Virus record (IMG/VR): IMGVR_UViG_3300031841_005609
Coordinates: 1-64,000 of that record
DNA: 64,000 bases
Source: a virus
Reading direction: 5' to 3' (one strand)
Part shown: positions 48,539-58,174 of the stretch, piece after piece
Layout of the letters: each line of letters begins with the position of its first letter
Position numbering within the stretch: the stretch's first letter is position 1
The notes under the pieces: generated by a model
The model's database searches: none
Seen by the model: only the letters and a program-made list of their open reading frames with translations
Told to the model about the DNA's origin: nothing
Program-made: the position numbers and the translations under genes

Positions 48539-49477
48539 ATGATTAGGGAAAAAGCAAAAAACACTTTGGTGCGAGCTTTCGGATCCGGATTCTTATCAAG
48601 AGACGGAGTCAATTTTGCTGTCTCTTGTCCCGAGTGCGATTCCACTAGATCAAAGAAAAAGTTCTCTGTAAGGCTTGATGACTACAGATATCATTGTTGG
48701 GTCTGTGGAATCAAAGGCAAGAACGTTTGGCTTTACCTAAGAAAGAAACTCGGCTTTAGAGACATTGATGAAAGTCTGCTCAAGCCAATAAAAGATACTT
48801 CTGAAGAAGAAGTTAGCGAGTCTATCTACTTGCCTAAAGACTTTGTTCCTCTGTTTAGAAAGACTCGAGACCCTGACGTAAAAGCCGTTCTAAACTATAT
48901 CAAAAAACGCGGCTACACTTCAGCTGACATATACAGGTGGAGAATAATGACCACAACCACAGGTAGGTTTAGAAGAAGGGCAATCATTCCTTCTTTCGAC
49001 GATCAAGGTGAGGTAAACTACTATGTTGGTAGATCCATCGATGACGGAAGTTTTAAGTATCTTAACGCTAAAGTACCTAAGCGGGAAATCGTATTTAATG
49101 AAATAGATATTGACTGGTCTAAGCCAGTTGTGCTAGTAGAGGGCGTTTTTGACGCAATGAAGTGTCCGGACAACACAATACCAGTCCTGGGCTCTTCGCT
49201 GTCAGTTAAGTCTAGGCTTTTTAGAAAGCTCATGAAGCATCAGTCTGATGTAATTGTTTCTTTCGATCCGGATCTGAAGGAAAAAGCCCTTGTTTTGGCA
49301 AACAACCTGTACGAAGCCGGATGCAAAGTAAGGGTTTGCTTTGCCCCTGAGGGTCACGACTTAGGATCTCAGACTAAGTCTCAAAACAAAGCGCTCTTGA
49401 GATCATCTAAGATTTACACTCCTTATTCTAAGCTCGAGCATAGAATCAACCTAATAAGAAGCGGAACTATTATATGA
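48539..49477 (+). CDS. DNA primase-like protein (Zn finger + TOPRIM; DnaG/gp61-like)
   Basis: CPEC...HCWVC zinc finger, YIKKRG, IIPSFD, YYVGRSI, KYLN, VLVEGVFDA and FDPD (DxD). ATG 48539 preferred over TTG 48536. Confidence 0.85.
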   Translation: MIREKAKNTLVRAFGSGFLSRDGVNFAVSCPECDSTRSKKKFSVRLDDYRYHCWVCGIKGKNVWLYLRKKLGFRDIDESLLKPIKDTSEEEVSESIYLPKDFVPLFRKTRDPDVKAVLNYIKKRGYTSADIYRWRIMTTTTGRFRRRAIIPSFDDQGEVNYYVGRSIDDGSFKYLNAKVPKREIVFNEIDIDWSKPVVLVEGVFDAMKCPDNTIPVLGSSLSVKSRLFRKLMKHQSDVIVSFDPDLKEKALVLANNLYEAGCKVRVCFAPEGHDLGSQTKSQNKALLRSSKIYTPYSKLEHRINLIRSGTII

Positions 49478-52400
49478 CTTATAAGTTTGCTCATTTTGCT
49501 GATGTTCACTGGCGAGGTTTAACTCGCCACAAAGAATACAGGCGATCTTTCGAAGACGCTTTTGACAAAATGAGAAGAGAAAATCTCGACGGAATATTCA
49601 TCGTAGGTGACATCGTCCATTCAAAAACCCAGGGAATCTCTCCTGAACTCATAGATAACCTTTGCTGGTGGTTTAATGAAATGGCCTCCATAGCTCCTGT
49701 CTACGTGACTCTAGGAAATCATGACGGCCTAATCATGAACAAGGATAGAGAAGACGCTATAAGCCCTATAGTGAGAGCCATAAACAATCCGAACATCTTT
49801 CTTTCTAAGCATTCCGAAGTGTTCTTTGTAGGTGATGATATTGCCGTAACGAACTTTAGCTGTTTCGACGAAGAGAACTGGGAAAAATTTAAGCCGAAGA
49901 GAGGTAAGATAAACATAGCTCTTTTTCACGGAGCTGTTACTGGAAGTGAAACTGATATCAACTGGGAGCTAGACGGAGAAGTTGATGAAGGTTTTTTCAA
50001 AGGTTTTGACTTTGCTTTTCTCGGAGACATCCACAAGCATCAGTACCTTGACAAAGAAAAAAGAATATCTTATTGCGGAAGTACAATTCAGCAGAATTTT
50101 GGAGAAGACCCTGGAAAGGGTTTCATGATATGGGAGATAGACTCTAAGAAAAAGTTCTCTTCTAGACATGTTGAAGTCTTGCATGACATGCCTTATGTCA
50201 CCATAGATTGGAAAGGTAATGTAGGAGACACTTTAGACGAGGCAGAAAAGCACCCAGATCGAGCCAGGTTTAGAATTAGAACCAGTGTTCCGATAAGCCA
50301 GGGAGAGATAAAACAAATCTATTCTGCTCTCAAAGAGTTCAAGTCAGCCTCTGAAATCGTAATGAAGCAAGATTTCGCGAGACCAGAATTAGTGCTTGAG
50401 GAAAACACTCTGAGGAAGAAGATGAATCTCAGAGATCCAAGCTCAGTCTCAATGATGGTGAAGGAATACTATACTAAAGCTGGACTAAGTGACAGAGTGA
50501 ACACGAAGCTGGAAGATCTAGTTCAGAGGTTCTGGAAGCATGTCTCTAAAGTAGAAGCGCCTCAAAGCGGACAGTGGTCGATAAGATCTCTAGAGTTTGA
50601 TAATCTTTTCGGATACGGAAAAGGAAACAAGATAAACTTTGATGAGATAGACGGCATTACCGGAATATTCGGGAAGAATAGGATAGGAAAGTCTTCTATA
50701 TGTGGTGCAATCATGTACACTCTGTTCAATACAACAGACAGAGGCTCTATTTCAAATCTTCATGTCATAAACTCTAGAAAAGGTCATTGTAAGTCTTCTG
50801 CTATCATCTCTAAAAGAGGAAAGTTTTATAAGATCGAGAGACAATCAATAAAGAAAGAGTCCAGGGCTGGAAAACTCTCTGTCTCAACACAGTTAAACTT
50901 GCTTGAAATAGATCAGGATGGAAACGTTATAAAAGATCTTTGTGGTGAACAAAGAAGAGAAACAGAAAAAACTCTTAAGAATCTTGTAGGTAACGCAGAA
51001 GATTTTCTTCTAACCAGCTTTGCATCTCAAGGTGCTATGAATTCTTTTCTAAGCCAAAAAGCTTCTTCTAGAAAGTCAGTTCTTAGTAATTTTTTAGATC
51101 TTGACGTGTTTGATCAGCTTAATGACGCCGCTAAAGCTGAGTCTTCTGGAATTAAGCAAATGATAAAGAATGCTCCCGATAGAGATTACGATTTGTCGAT
51201 TGTCGAGACTAAGAACAAGCTCAATGCTAAGATGGCTGAGAGAGATGGTCTTTATGAAAGCTTAGATCTTCTAAGGGGAAGGATAAGAGATCTAGATCTT
51301 AGTCTTGAAACAAGAGACGACAATAACCTGGTAACTCAACAAGACCTAGATGATCAAACAAAAAGAGTTCGATCCTTGCGAGACAGAAAAAAAGGTCTAG
51401 AAATCAAAGTAGAAAAGCTTGAAAAAGATCTCGTTGAGATATCTTCGAAGACCGACCGAATCCAGGAGATTAAGTCAACTTTTCCGATAGAAGACTTGAA
51501 GGTAACGCTCGCTGAAGAGAAAAGCCTAGACGAATCATCAGTTCAGATAAAACATAAGCTTGACAAGGAAAAGCAGACACTCAAAATAATAAACAATCAG
51601 GTTGATGTTTTAAATCAAGTTCCCTGTGAAGACAAGTTTCCTGATTGTAAGTTTATAGTTGAGGCTCACAAAGCAAAGAAGAAATTAAAGGGAAAAGAGA
51701 AGATAATAGAAAGTCTGTCAGAAGATCTAAAGGTCACGAAGGCTCAGTTAAGAAAACTTCAGGCAAAAGAGCTTGACAAAAAGCTTGACAAATACAATGA
51801 CCTTATTTCTTCTTTCGGAGAGCTTTCTCTAGAGAAGAATGATATAACATTAAGCCTTTCTTCTGCTAAGAACGATCTTGAAAAGACAAATGATTCTCTT
51901 GTCAGAGAAGTTAAGGTTCTCGACGAAATGAAAGTCAATCTTTCCACTGATGACAAAGCCGAACAGATAAGTGAAATGAGAAGCAAGCTAAGGGATCTTA
52001 AGTCAGCTCAGGTAGACATGGAAGAAAAATATTCTCGTCTTTCTGAGGATGTAGGTTTGCTTCAAGCCAGAGTTTCAAAGCTTTCTGAAGAAAAAGAAGA
52101 GTACGAAGCTCTCATAGAGAATTGGAGAGTTTACGAGCTTTTCCTTCAAGCCACTTCTAAAAATGGCCTGCCGCTAGAGATAATCAGATCTAGAATTCCT
52201 GAAATCAATCTTGAGATAGCCTCTATTCTGCAGGGAGTTACAGGGTTTACTGTTGAATTAGAATCTTTCGAAGGATCTAACGATATGGACATTTTTATTA
52301 ACTACGGAGACTCTAAGAGAATAATTGAATGTTGCAGCGGGATGGAAAAAATGATGTCCGCTCTTGCTATAAGAGTTGCACTAACGAACGTCTCAGAGCT

Positions 52401-52608
52401 TTCCAAGTCAAACATATTCATGATAGATGAGGGTTTTGGGGCTCTGGATTCTGGCAATGTAGAAGCATGCAGCAGATTTCTTGAGTCTCTAAAGAAGTGG
52501 TTCAGAACTATTATGATAATCTCTCACGTTGATGCCGTTAAAGACGCGGTCGACAACGTCTTGGAAATAGGTAAGGACGGAAAAGATGCGTTTATCAGAC
52601 AGGAATGA
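49474..52608 (+). CDS. sbcD-sbcC: Fused Mre11/SbcD nuclease - Rad50/SbcC ATPase (T4 gp47-gp46-like)
   Basis: Phosphoesterase motifs ADVH, GD, GNHD, FHG and GDIH; Walker A GKNRIGKSS, Q-loop SQG, coiled coil, signature CSGMEK, Walker B MIDEGFGALD and H-loop ISH, all in one ORF. Confidence 0.92.
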   Translation: MTYKFAHFADVHWRGLTRHKEYRRSFEDAFDKMRRENLDGIFIVGDIVHSKTQGISPELIDNLCWWFNEMASIAPVYVTLGNHDGLIMNKDREDAISPIVRAINNPNIFLSKHSEVFFVGDDIAVTNFSCFDEENWEKFKPKRGKINIALFHGAVTGSETDINWELDGEVDEGFFKGFDFAFLGDIHKHQYLDKEKRISYCGSTIQQNFGEDPGKGFMIWEIDSKKKFSSRHVEVLHDMPYVTIDWKGNVGDTLDEAEKHPDRARFRIRTSVPISQGEIKQIYSALKEFKSASEIVMKQDFARPELVLEENTLRKKMNLRDPSSVSMMVKEYYTKAGLSDRVNTKLEDLVQRFWKHVSKVEAPQSGQWSIRSLEFDNLFGYGKGNKINFDEIDGITGIFGKNRIGKSSICGAIMYTLFNTTDRGSISNLHVINSRKGHCKSSAIISKRGKFYKIERQSIKKESRAGKLSVSTQLNLLEIDQDGNVIKDLCGEQRRETEKTLKNLVGNAEDFLLTSFASQGAMNSFLSQKASSRKSVLSNFLDLDVFDQLNDAAKAESSGIKQMIKNAPDRDYDLSIVETKNKLNAKMAERDGLYESLDLLRGRIRDLDLSLETRDDNNLVTQQDLDDQTKRVRSLRDRKKGLEIKVEKLEKDLVEISSKTDRIQEIKSTFPIEDLKVTLAEEKSLDESSVQIKHKLDKEKQTLKIINNQVDVLNQVPCEDKFPDCKFIVEAHKAKKKLKGKEKIIESLSEDLKVTKAQLRKLQAKELDKKLDKYNDLISSFGELSLEKNDITLSLSSAKNDLEKTNDSLVREVKVLDEMKVNLSTDDKAEQISEMRSKLRDLKSAQVDMEEKYSRLSEDVGLLQARVSKLSEEKEEYEALIENWRVYELFLQATSKNGLPLEIIRSRIPEINLEIASILQGVTGFTVELESFEGSNDMDIFINYGDSKRIIECCSGMEKMMSALAIRVALTNVSELSKSNIFMIDEGFGALDSGNVEACSRFLESLKKWFRTIMIISHVDAVKDAVDNVLEIGKDGKDAFIRQE

Positions 52609-52837
52609 AGTATATTTTATCGAAGATGGAGACAGGGTGCATTCATTCTGCCCTGTTTGTGGTTTTCTGGCTAGAGATTCCGAAGACTTGGATATCATAC
52701 AAAAAGAAAAAGCCTGTAGAGAATGTACTGGTAATTTCAAATACTTAGATCTAGAGTCCTGGGAAAGAGGAGATCGACCTACAAGAGAAGAAGCTAGGTC
52801 TAAAATACATTTTCATAGTGGAGAAAGTACAAAATGA
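52586..52837 (+). CDS. Small zinc-finger protein
   Basis: CPVC...CREC; overlaps the end of the Mre11-Rad50 gene. Confidence 0.6.
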   Translation: MRLSDRNEVYFIEDGDRVHSFCPVCGFLARDSEDLDIIQKEKACRECTGNFKYLDLESWERGDRPTREEARSKIHFHSGESTK

Positions 52838-53199
52838 ATAAACTAGAATTAGTTGCAAGACTTGTTGATAACACATACAACCCAGTGTCAAAGTCGGGTA
52901 CGTATTCAATTAAGACTTCCATGCAGGGAAGCAGGCTTGTTGTAAAGTTTAGCACGATAGTTAACTTTGCTTCTGAGGCATCTTTAAGACCTCAAGTTCA
53001 ATCATCAAAAGAACACGCCGTTCAGCTTATAAAAGACTTTATTGCAAACCTTAAGAAAAACTACAAGGCAGAGACAGGAGAAGCTCTAAAGGTTGAAGAT
53101 GAAGGCGGAGATGACAACATAGAGATGATTCAAGCAACTTCAAATTCACTCAGAAAAATAGCTTATTACAGATATAATCAGACTTTAGAGATATCTTAA
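52834..53199 (+). CDS. Hypothetical protein upstream of terminase
   Basis: GGAG SD; ATGA overlap with the upstream gene. Confidence 0.55.
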   Translation: MNKLELVARLVDNTYNPVSKSGTYSIKTSMQGSRLVVKFSTIVNFASEASLRPQVQSSKEHAVQLIKDFIANLKKNYKAETGEALKVEDEGGDDNIEMIQATSNSLRKIAYYRYNQTLEIS

Positions 53200-53205
53200 C
53201 AGACT

Positions 53206-54771
53206 ATGAACAAAAATCTTCAGGTCAAAGAGATAATAAAATGCGGAAAAGATCCGTCTTACTTTCTCAAAAAGTACATAAAGATTCAGCACCCTACTAA
53301 AGGTCTGGTCAACTTTGACACTTATGACTTTCAAGACGAGTGCCTGAAAGATTTCGTAGATCATAGATTCAATATCATCTTGAAGTCCAGGCAGCTAGGT
53401 ATATCTACTTTGTCTGCTGCTTACGCCGTCTGGTTAGCTTATTTCTATAGAGACAAAAACATACTGATCATCGCAACCAAGCTTGCAGTTGCCCAGAACT
53501 TTATCAAAAAAGTAAAAACAGCCCTTAGAGGTCTTCCCGGGTGGATGAACCTCACTGAAGTAGTAGGATCCAACAAGCAGGGCGTAGAGTTTAGTAACGG
53601 TTCTCAAATCAAAGCAGTACCCACTTCAGATGATGCAGGTCGCTCTGAAGCTTTGAGCCTCTTGATAATTGACGAAGCTGCGTTCATTAGAAACTTTGAT
53701 GAACTCTGGATGGGTTTGTATTCTACTCTATCCACAGGCGGTAGATCAATAATTCTTTCCACGCCGAATGGAGTCGGAGACAAGTACCATGAACTCTGCA
53801 CAGACGCTCAGGCAGGAGAGAACGAGTTCAATCTAATCAAGCTTATGTGGGATGTCCACCCAGACAGAGACGAAGAGTGGTTCGCCACTGAGACTCGAAA
53901 CATGAGCAAGAAGCAAATAGCACAAGAGCTTATGTGTGACTTTGCAGCTTCAGGAGATACGTTTTTAAACGCTCCTGACCTTGAAACTCTGGCTCTTAGG
54001 GTAAAGACCCCTATTGAGAGATGGGGCCCTGATATGAATGTCTGGGTCTGGAAGTATTCTCTTACTGAGCACAAATATGTAGTCAGCGCCGATGTGTCAA
54101 GAGGTGACGCCGCCGACTATTCTACTTTTCACGTTTTAGATGTCAATTCAGGTGAGCAGGTAGCTGAATATAAGGGAAAGATTCCGCCTGACCAGTTTGC
54201 TGTTTTGCTAGCAGAGGCCGGAAAGAGGTATAATAATGCCTTAGTTTGTCCAGAAAACAACACGTATGGCTATGCAGTCATAATGAAGCTTGTCGAACTA
54301 GGGTACACAAACCTGTATTACAAGAACGAAAAGGACAAACTTAGTGCCCTCTACACAGGAAACAACCAGATATCTAAGATAGGCTTCTCCACAAACGCCC
54401 AATCGAGAGGACAGATACTTACTAAACTAGAAGAGGTGCTAAGAAACAACTCAGTAGCTTTTTATTCTTCTCGTCTCGTTGACGAATTGAAGACTTTTGT
54501 CTGGAAGGGACAGAAAGCGCAGGCTCAAAAAGGCAAAAATGACGATCTTGTCATGGCAGCTGCAATTGGAACGTGGCTTTTCGATTCAGATCCCAAGGTA
54601 AATTCTCAAACAACGGATCTTAACAAGGCTATGCTTGATGGCTTTGCTGTCAACAGAAGAGAGTACGGTCAAAAGAAAAGTCCGTGGAGCCGATTCGGGT
54701 GGAACAATCCGAATCGAACGTATCCTTCGAAGTCCGGACCTCACGGCGATGATTTTGACTGGATTTTATAG
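53206..54771 (+). CDS. terL: Terminase large subunit (T4 gp17-like)
   Basis: YDFQ (Q motif), KSRQLGIST, LLIIDEAAF (Walker B), STPNG, QELMCDF, SADVSRGDAADYS and KNDDLVMA. Confidence 0.95.
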   Translation: MNKNLQVKEIIKCGKDPSYFLKKYIKIQHPTKGLVNFDTYDFQDECLKDFVDHRFNIILKSRQLGISTLSAAYAVWLAYFYRDKNILIIATKLAVAQNFIKKVKTALRGLPGWMNLTEVVGSNKQGVEFSNGSQIKAVPTSDDAGRSEALSLLIIDEAAFIRNFDELWMGLYSTLSTGGRSIILSTPNGVGDKYHELCTDAQAGENEFNLIKLMWDVHPDRDEEWFATETRNMSKKQIAQELMCDFAASGDTFLNAPDLETLALRVKTPIERWGPDMNVWVWKYSLTEHKYVVSADVSRGDAADYSTFHVLDVNSGEQVAEYKGKIPPDQFAVLLAEAGKRYNNALVCPENNTYGYAVIMKLVELGYTNLYYKNEKDKLSALYTGNNQISKIGFSTNAQSRGQILTKLEEVLRNNSVAFYSSRLVDELKTFVWKGQKAQAQKGKNDDLVMAAAIGTWLFDSDPKVNSQTTDLNKAMLDGFAVNRREYGQKKSPWSRFGWNNPNRTYPSKSGPHGDDFDWIL

Positions 54772-54797
54772 TTTAGGTTTGAATCCTTCTGAATACA

Positions 54798-54829
54798 ATA
54801 ATTATGAAGTGCAATAGGAGTGTTTCATG
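54798..54829 (+). promoter_or_regulatory. Putative late promoter ATAATTA overlapping a hairpin that covers the portal RBS and start codon
   Basis: ATAATTA at 54798-54804; ATGAAGTGC (54804-54812) can pair with GTGTTTCAT (54820-54828) using 3 G-U pairs, with AATAGGA in the loop. Confidence 0.4.
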
Positions 54830-56755
54830 TCTGAGCAGGCAAGTTTATTTACTAGACTAACAAAACTTTTTAGATCAGGCCCCGTTGTAAAAAGAAGAGT
54901 TAGAAACGTTAAGACAGCTGGAGCTTCTACAGCCCTAGAGGTTTTTAAAAGAGCACACAGCGATGTATACAATAGCACGCTAAGTGCTTACGGAGCTTTC
55001 GATAGAATGGCTCGCTATAGCGACTTCAGTGAAATGGAGTCAACTCCAGAAATAGCATCTGCTCTTGACATCTACGCAGAAGAGACCGTTTCTTCCGACG
55101 AAAAAGGACAAGTCCTACACATCTATTCAGAGAACAGAAAGGTTCAAGAAATCCTGGAGAACCTTTTTCACGACGTCCTTAACGTAGAATTCAATTTAGT
55201 AATGTGGGTAAGAAATCTTTGTAAGTACGGAGACTTTTTTCTTTTTAACGACATACATCCTGATTATGGTGTGATCAATGCTTACCCAATATCGATAAGC
55301 GAAATGGAAAGAGAAGAGGGGTTCGACACGAAAGATCCCTCTGCAGTTCGATTCCGATGGGTGACTCAAGGAAATCAAGTTTTAGAAAACTGGCAAGTAT
55401 CACACTTCAGGCTCTTGGGCAACGACGCTTTTCTTCCCTATGGATCCTCCGTGTTAGAGGCCGCCAGAAGAATTTGGAGACAGTTAATCCTCATTGAAGA
55501 TGCCATGCTCGTTTACAGAGTAATTAGAGCTCCGGAAAGAAGAGTATTTTATTTAGATGTAGGTAATGTACCGCCAGAAGATGTTTCGAACTATATCGAA
55601 CAGGCTCAAACAAGCTTAAAAAGAAACCAAGTCGTAGACAAGTCTAACGGACAGGTCGACATAAGATACAACCCGCTTTCTGTAGATGAAGATTACTTCT
55701 TGCCCGTTAGAGGTGGTGAAAGCGGAACGAGAATTGATACTCTTGCTGGCGGCCAAAATACAGCTGCCATAGAAGATGTCGAATACATACAGAAGAAGCT
55801 GTTTGCAGCTCTCAAAATACCCAAAGCTTATCTGGGATATGACGAGGAAGTCGGAGCCAAGGCTACGCTTGCCCAAGAAGATATAAGGTTTAGCAGGTCA
55901 ATCCAGCGGATTCAAAAGACAATATTGTCTGAGCTTAACAAGCTCGCGATGATTCACCTCTATTGTCATGGTTACGAAGGAGAAGATCTCGTTGAGTTTG
56001 ATCTAAGGCTGTCTAATCCCTCATCGATCGCCCAACAACAAAAGCTCGAGCTTATAAGATCTAGATTTGAGATAGCAGGTTCAGCACCTGAAGGATCTGT
56101 CGACAGGTCCTGGATTCAAAAAAATGTTTTAGGTCTTACTGACGAAGAGATAGAAAAAATTCACGAAGGACGTCTCGAAGACAAGCTTAGAGATCTCGAG
56201 GTCGAAGCAGTTCAAGCACCTGAAGCTGAAGGCGCTCCCGCCGGCGAAGCTGGTGATGAAGGCGGAGAAGAACCCGCCGAAGACGAAGGAGAAGATCTCT
56301 TCGCCGGCGATAGAAAAGATGATGAACTTTTGACCGCTTTGCCCGCAAGAAAAGACAAAAAAGAAGAGTCTGAAGATGATGATCACCCTGTCCTTTCTAT
56401 ACAGGATCTAGATGCTCCTGTTAAAGCAGACAGACAGATTCGAAATGCCTTTGGCCAGAAGATAAAAAAGTCTAGAAAGGTAACAGCTGGACCTGGGTCT
56501 ACTCACATGCCGGATTTTGTTAAAATGACTTCAACTGGAAAAGCAGGCAGAAAACAAGACACGATGAACAAACCTTTTGATAACGATTTTCTAAAAGATC
56601 CATTTTCAGAATCAATGTCGAGTTTTTCTCCTCCGAGGCTTACTTATGATTTAGTAAACACTCTTAACTCGATGGGAGACAAAATACAGGTTAAGAGACA
56701 AAAGCTATTGTCAGAAATTGATGAAAAACAAGGAGACCCTAATGGCGAAGCATAA
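54827..56755 (+). CDS. gp20: Portal protein (T4 gp20-like)
   Basis: PEIASALDIYAEE, YGSSVLEAARRIWRQLILIEDAMLVYRVIRAPERRVFYLDVGN, EDYFLPVRGG, IDTLAGG and KLFAALKIPK. Confidence 0.95.
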   Translation: MSEQASLFTRLTKLFRSGPVVKRRVRNVKTAGASTALEVFKRAHSDVYNSTLSAYGAFDRMARYSDFSEMESTPEIASALDIYAEETVSSDEKGQVLHIYSENRKVQEILENLFHDVLNVEFNLVMWVRNLCKYGDFFLFNDIHPDYGVINAYPISISEMEREEGFDTKDPSAVRFRWVTQGNQVLENWQVSHFRLLGNDAFLPYGSSVLEAARRIWRQLILIEDAMLVYRVIRAPERRVFYLDVGNVPPEDVSNYIEQAQTSLKRNQVVDKSNGQVDIRYNPLSVDEDYFLPVRGGESGTRIDTLAGGQNTAAIEDVEYIQKKLFAALKIPKAYLGYDEEVGAKATLAQEDIRFSRSIQRIQKTILSELNKLAMIHLYCHGYEGEDLVEFDLRLSNPSSIAQQQKLELIRSRFEIAGSAPEGSVDRSWIQKNVLGLTDEEIEKIHEGRLEDKLRDLEVEAVQAPEAEGAPAGEAGDEGGEEPAEDEGEDLFAGDRKDDELLTALPARKDKKEESEDDDHPVLSIQDLDAPVKADRQIRNAFGQKIKKSRKVTAGPGSTHMPDFVKMTSTGKAGRKQDTMNKPFDNDFLKDPFSESMSSFSPPRLTYDLVNTLNSMGDKIQVKRQKLLSEIDEKQGDPNGEA

Positions 56756-57563
56756 CAAGAAGCGCAACGTCGGTCTACTACATGAACAGCTTATTAGGCA
56801 TGCTAGTAGAATGACAGTCGAGGGCAGTGTCGAAAAAGCTCAAGATGCAGTCGACATTGTGACTAGGCATTTTAAAAGAGGATCTGAGACCCTGAGAGAA
56901 TTCAGGCTTTTTAGCTCTCTTATCCACACTAAGGTTGATTCCAAAGACCTTGCTCAAAGAATCGTTGCTGAAAGCAGAAGAGCATGCATGGATCATGACT
57001 CCGAAAAGCTCCGAAGAGAAAAATCTTTGCTCATAAAAGATATCAATCATCTTTTGAACGAGGAGAGCTTTTACGATCAAAGGATTCCGACCTATAGAAT
57101 ATTCGCAACAGTTCAGGCTCTACTCAATGAGTGGCGAGGAGCATCAAGACTCACACCTGCCGAAATTGTAAAGTATGAATCACGGTTGGTTGATCACTTG
57201 ACTCGGCAGGAAGCTGAGAATGAACTCCAGAGATCAGAAAACGCCGATCCTTTAGTACTAAACATAATGATCGAGAAGTTCAACAAGAAGTATGGAAAGA
57301 CACTCTCAGAAGATCAAAGAAAGATTCTTGAGCTCAGGCTTATGAACAAAAACGAAGAAGCTGTTGTTTTGATGGAGTCTGTCAAGAAAAAGACGCTAGC
57401 ATCAATCGATCGATTCTATGAATCTCTTGAAAACGAATATCTTGGAAAGAAAAGAGATGTTCTCGTTGAGAGAGTTACAAATTTTCAGCCAGACGAAACA
57501 GATGAATCAGTGGCAAAAGCTCTTTCTCTGGCAAATCTTTTATCAGAACTGGAGGCGGAATAA
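56742..57563 (+). CDS. Hypothetical protein between portal and protease (head-associated)
   Basis: Start moved to ATG 56742, downstream of AAGGAG; KHNKKRNVGLLHEQL and KFNKKY segments. Confidence 0.6.
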   Translation: MAKHNKKRNVGLLHEQLIRHASRMTVEGSVEKAQDAVDIVTRHFKRGSETLREFRLFSSLIHTKVDSKDLAQRIVAESRRACMDHDSEKLRREKSLLIKDINHLLNEESFYDQRIPTYRIFATVQALLNEWRGASRLTPAEIVKYESRLVDHLTRQEAENELQRSENADPLVLNIMIEKFNKKYGKTLSEDQRKILELRLMNKNEEAVVLMESVKKKTLASIDRFYESLENEYLGKKRDVLVERVTNFQPDETDESVAKALSLANLLSELEAE

Positions 57564-58174
57564 TGGGCGACAGAAAACTACTGACAGAATGGTTGGCATT
57601 TGATTACTCTCCTGAGATGATCAAAGAGTCAAGAGAGGCCAATGGCGGGAAACTAATGATGAAAGGTATTTTGCAAAAAGCAGATACTCTTAATCAGAAC
57701 GGAAGAATCTATCCCATTGAAATACTTGACAGAGAAGTGAGAAACTACCAGAAGTTTATTAAGGAAAATCGCGCTCTTGGAGAATGTGATCATCCCGACA
57801 GCTCTGTGGTCGAACTTAAGAACGCATCACACATCGTTCGAGAAGCTTACATGAATGATGGTGTATGTTACGGAGTTGTGGAACTGCTGGATACACCAAG
57901 CGGAAAGATATTACAAAGTCTGGTAGAATCAGGCGTAACTTTGGGAATCTCATCAAGAGGCGTTGGATCAACTCGCCGTGAAGGTGATTACGATGTGGTT
58001 CAAGACGATTTTCAATTGATTTGCTGGGATTTCGTTTCAGAACCTTCTACACCAGGCGCCTTCATGATGAAAGAAGGAAAAGATTTTACGCGCGAAGATC
58101 TGAACAGACACTTTACTAAAACCGATAGAGTTGATAGGTTGGTCAACGATATCATTTCTTGGGAGAATGACTAA
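57563..58174 (+). CDS. gp21: Prohead core protease (T4 gp21-like)
   Basis: NQNGRIYP, ALGECDHP, SH, TPSGKI, GISSRGVGS and DFVSEPSTPGA. Confidence 0.95.
   Translation: MGDRKLLTEWLAFDYSPEMIKESREANGGKLMMKGILQKADTLNQNGRIYPIEILDREVRNYQKFIKENRALGECDHPDSSVVELKNASHIVREAYMNDGVCYGVVELLDTPSGKILQSLVESGVTLGISSRGVGSTRREGDYDVVQDDFQLICWDFVSEPSTPGAFMMKEGKDFTREDLNRHFTKTDRVDRLVNDIISWEND

Noticed and set aside
49474-52608. Giant eukaryotic virus (NCLDV) origin suggested by the Mre11-Rad50 fusion and glycan genes
   Set aside because: T4-type MCP, portal, terminase, protease, baseplate genes, a sigma factor and SD sequences identify a bacteriophage.
53380-53415. Terminase Walker A lacking the GK(T/S) lysine (KSRQLGIST) as a sign of inactivation
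   Set aside because: Deviant Walker A motifs with an N-shifted lysine are known in terminases, and all other ATPase and nuclease motifs are intact.
4434-56741. ORF-track starts at 4434, 8530, 12681 and 56718
   Set aside because: These extend into upstream genes; downstream starts at 4503, 8554, 12720 and 56742 have SD motifs or stop-start coupling and begin at the domain boundary.
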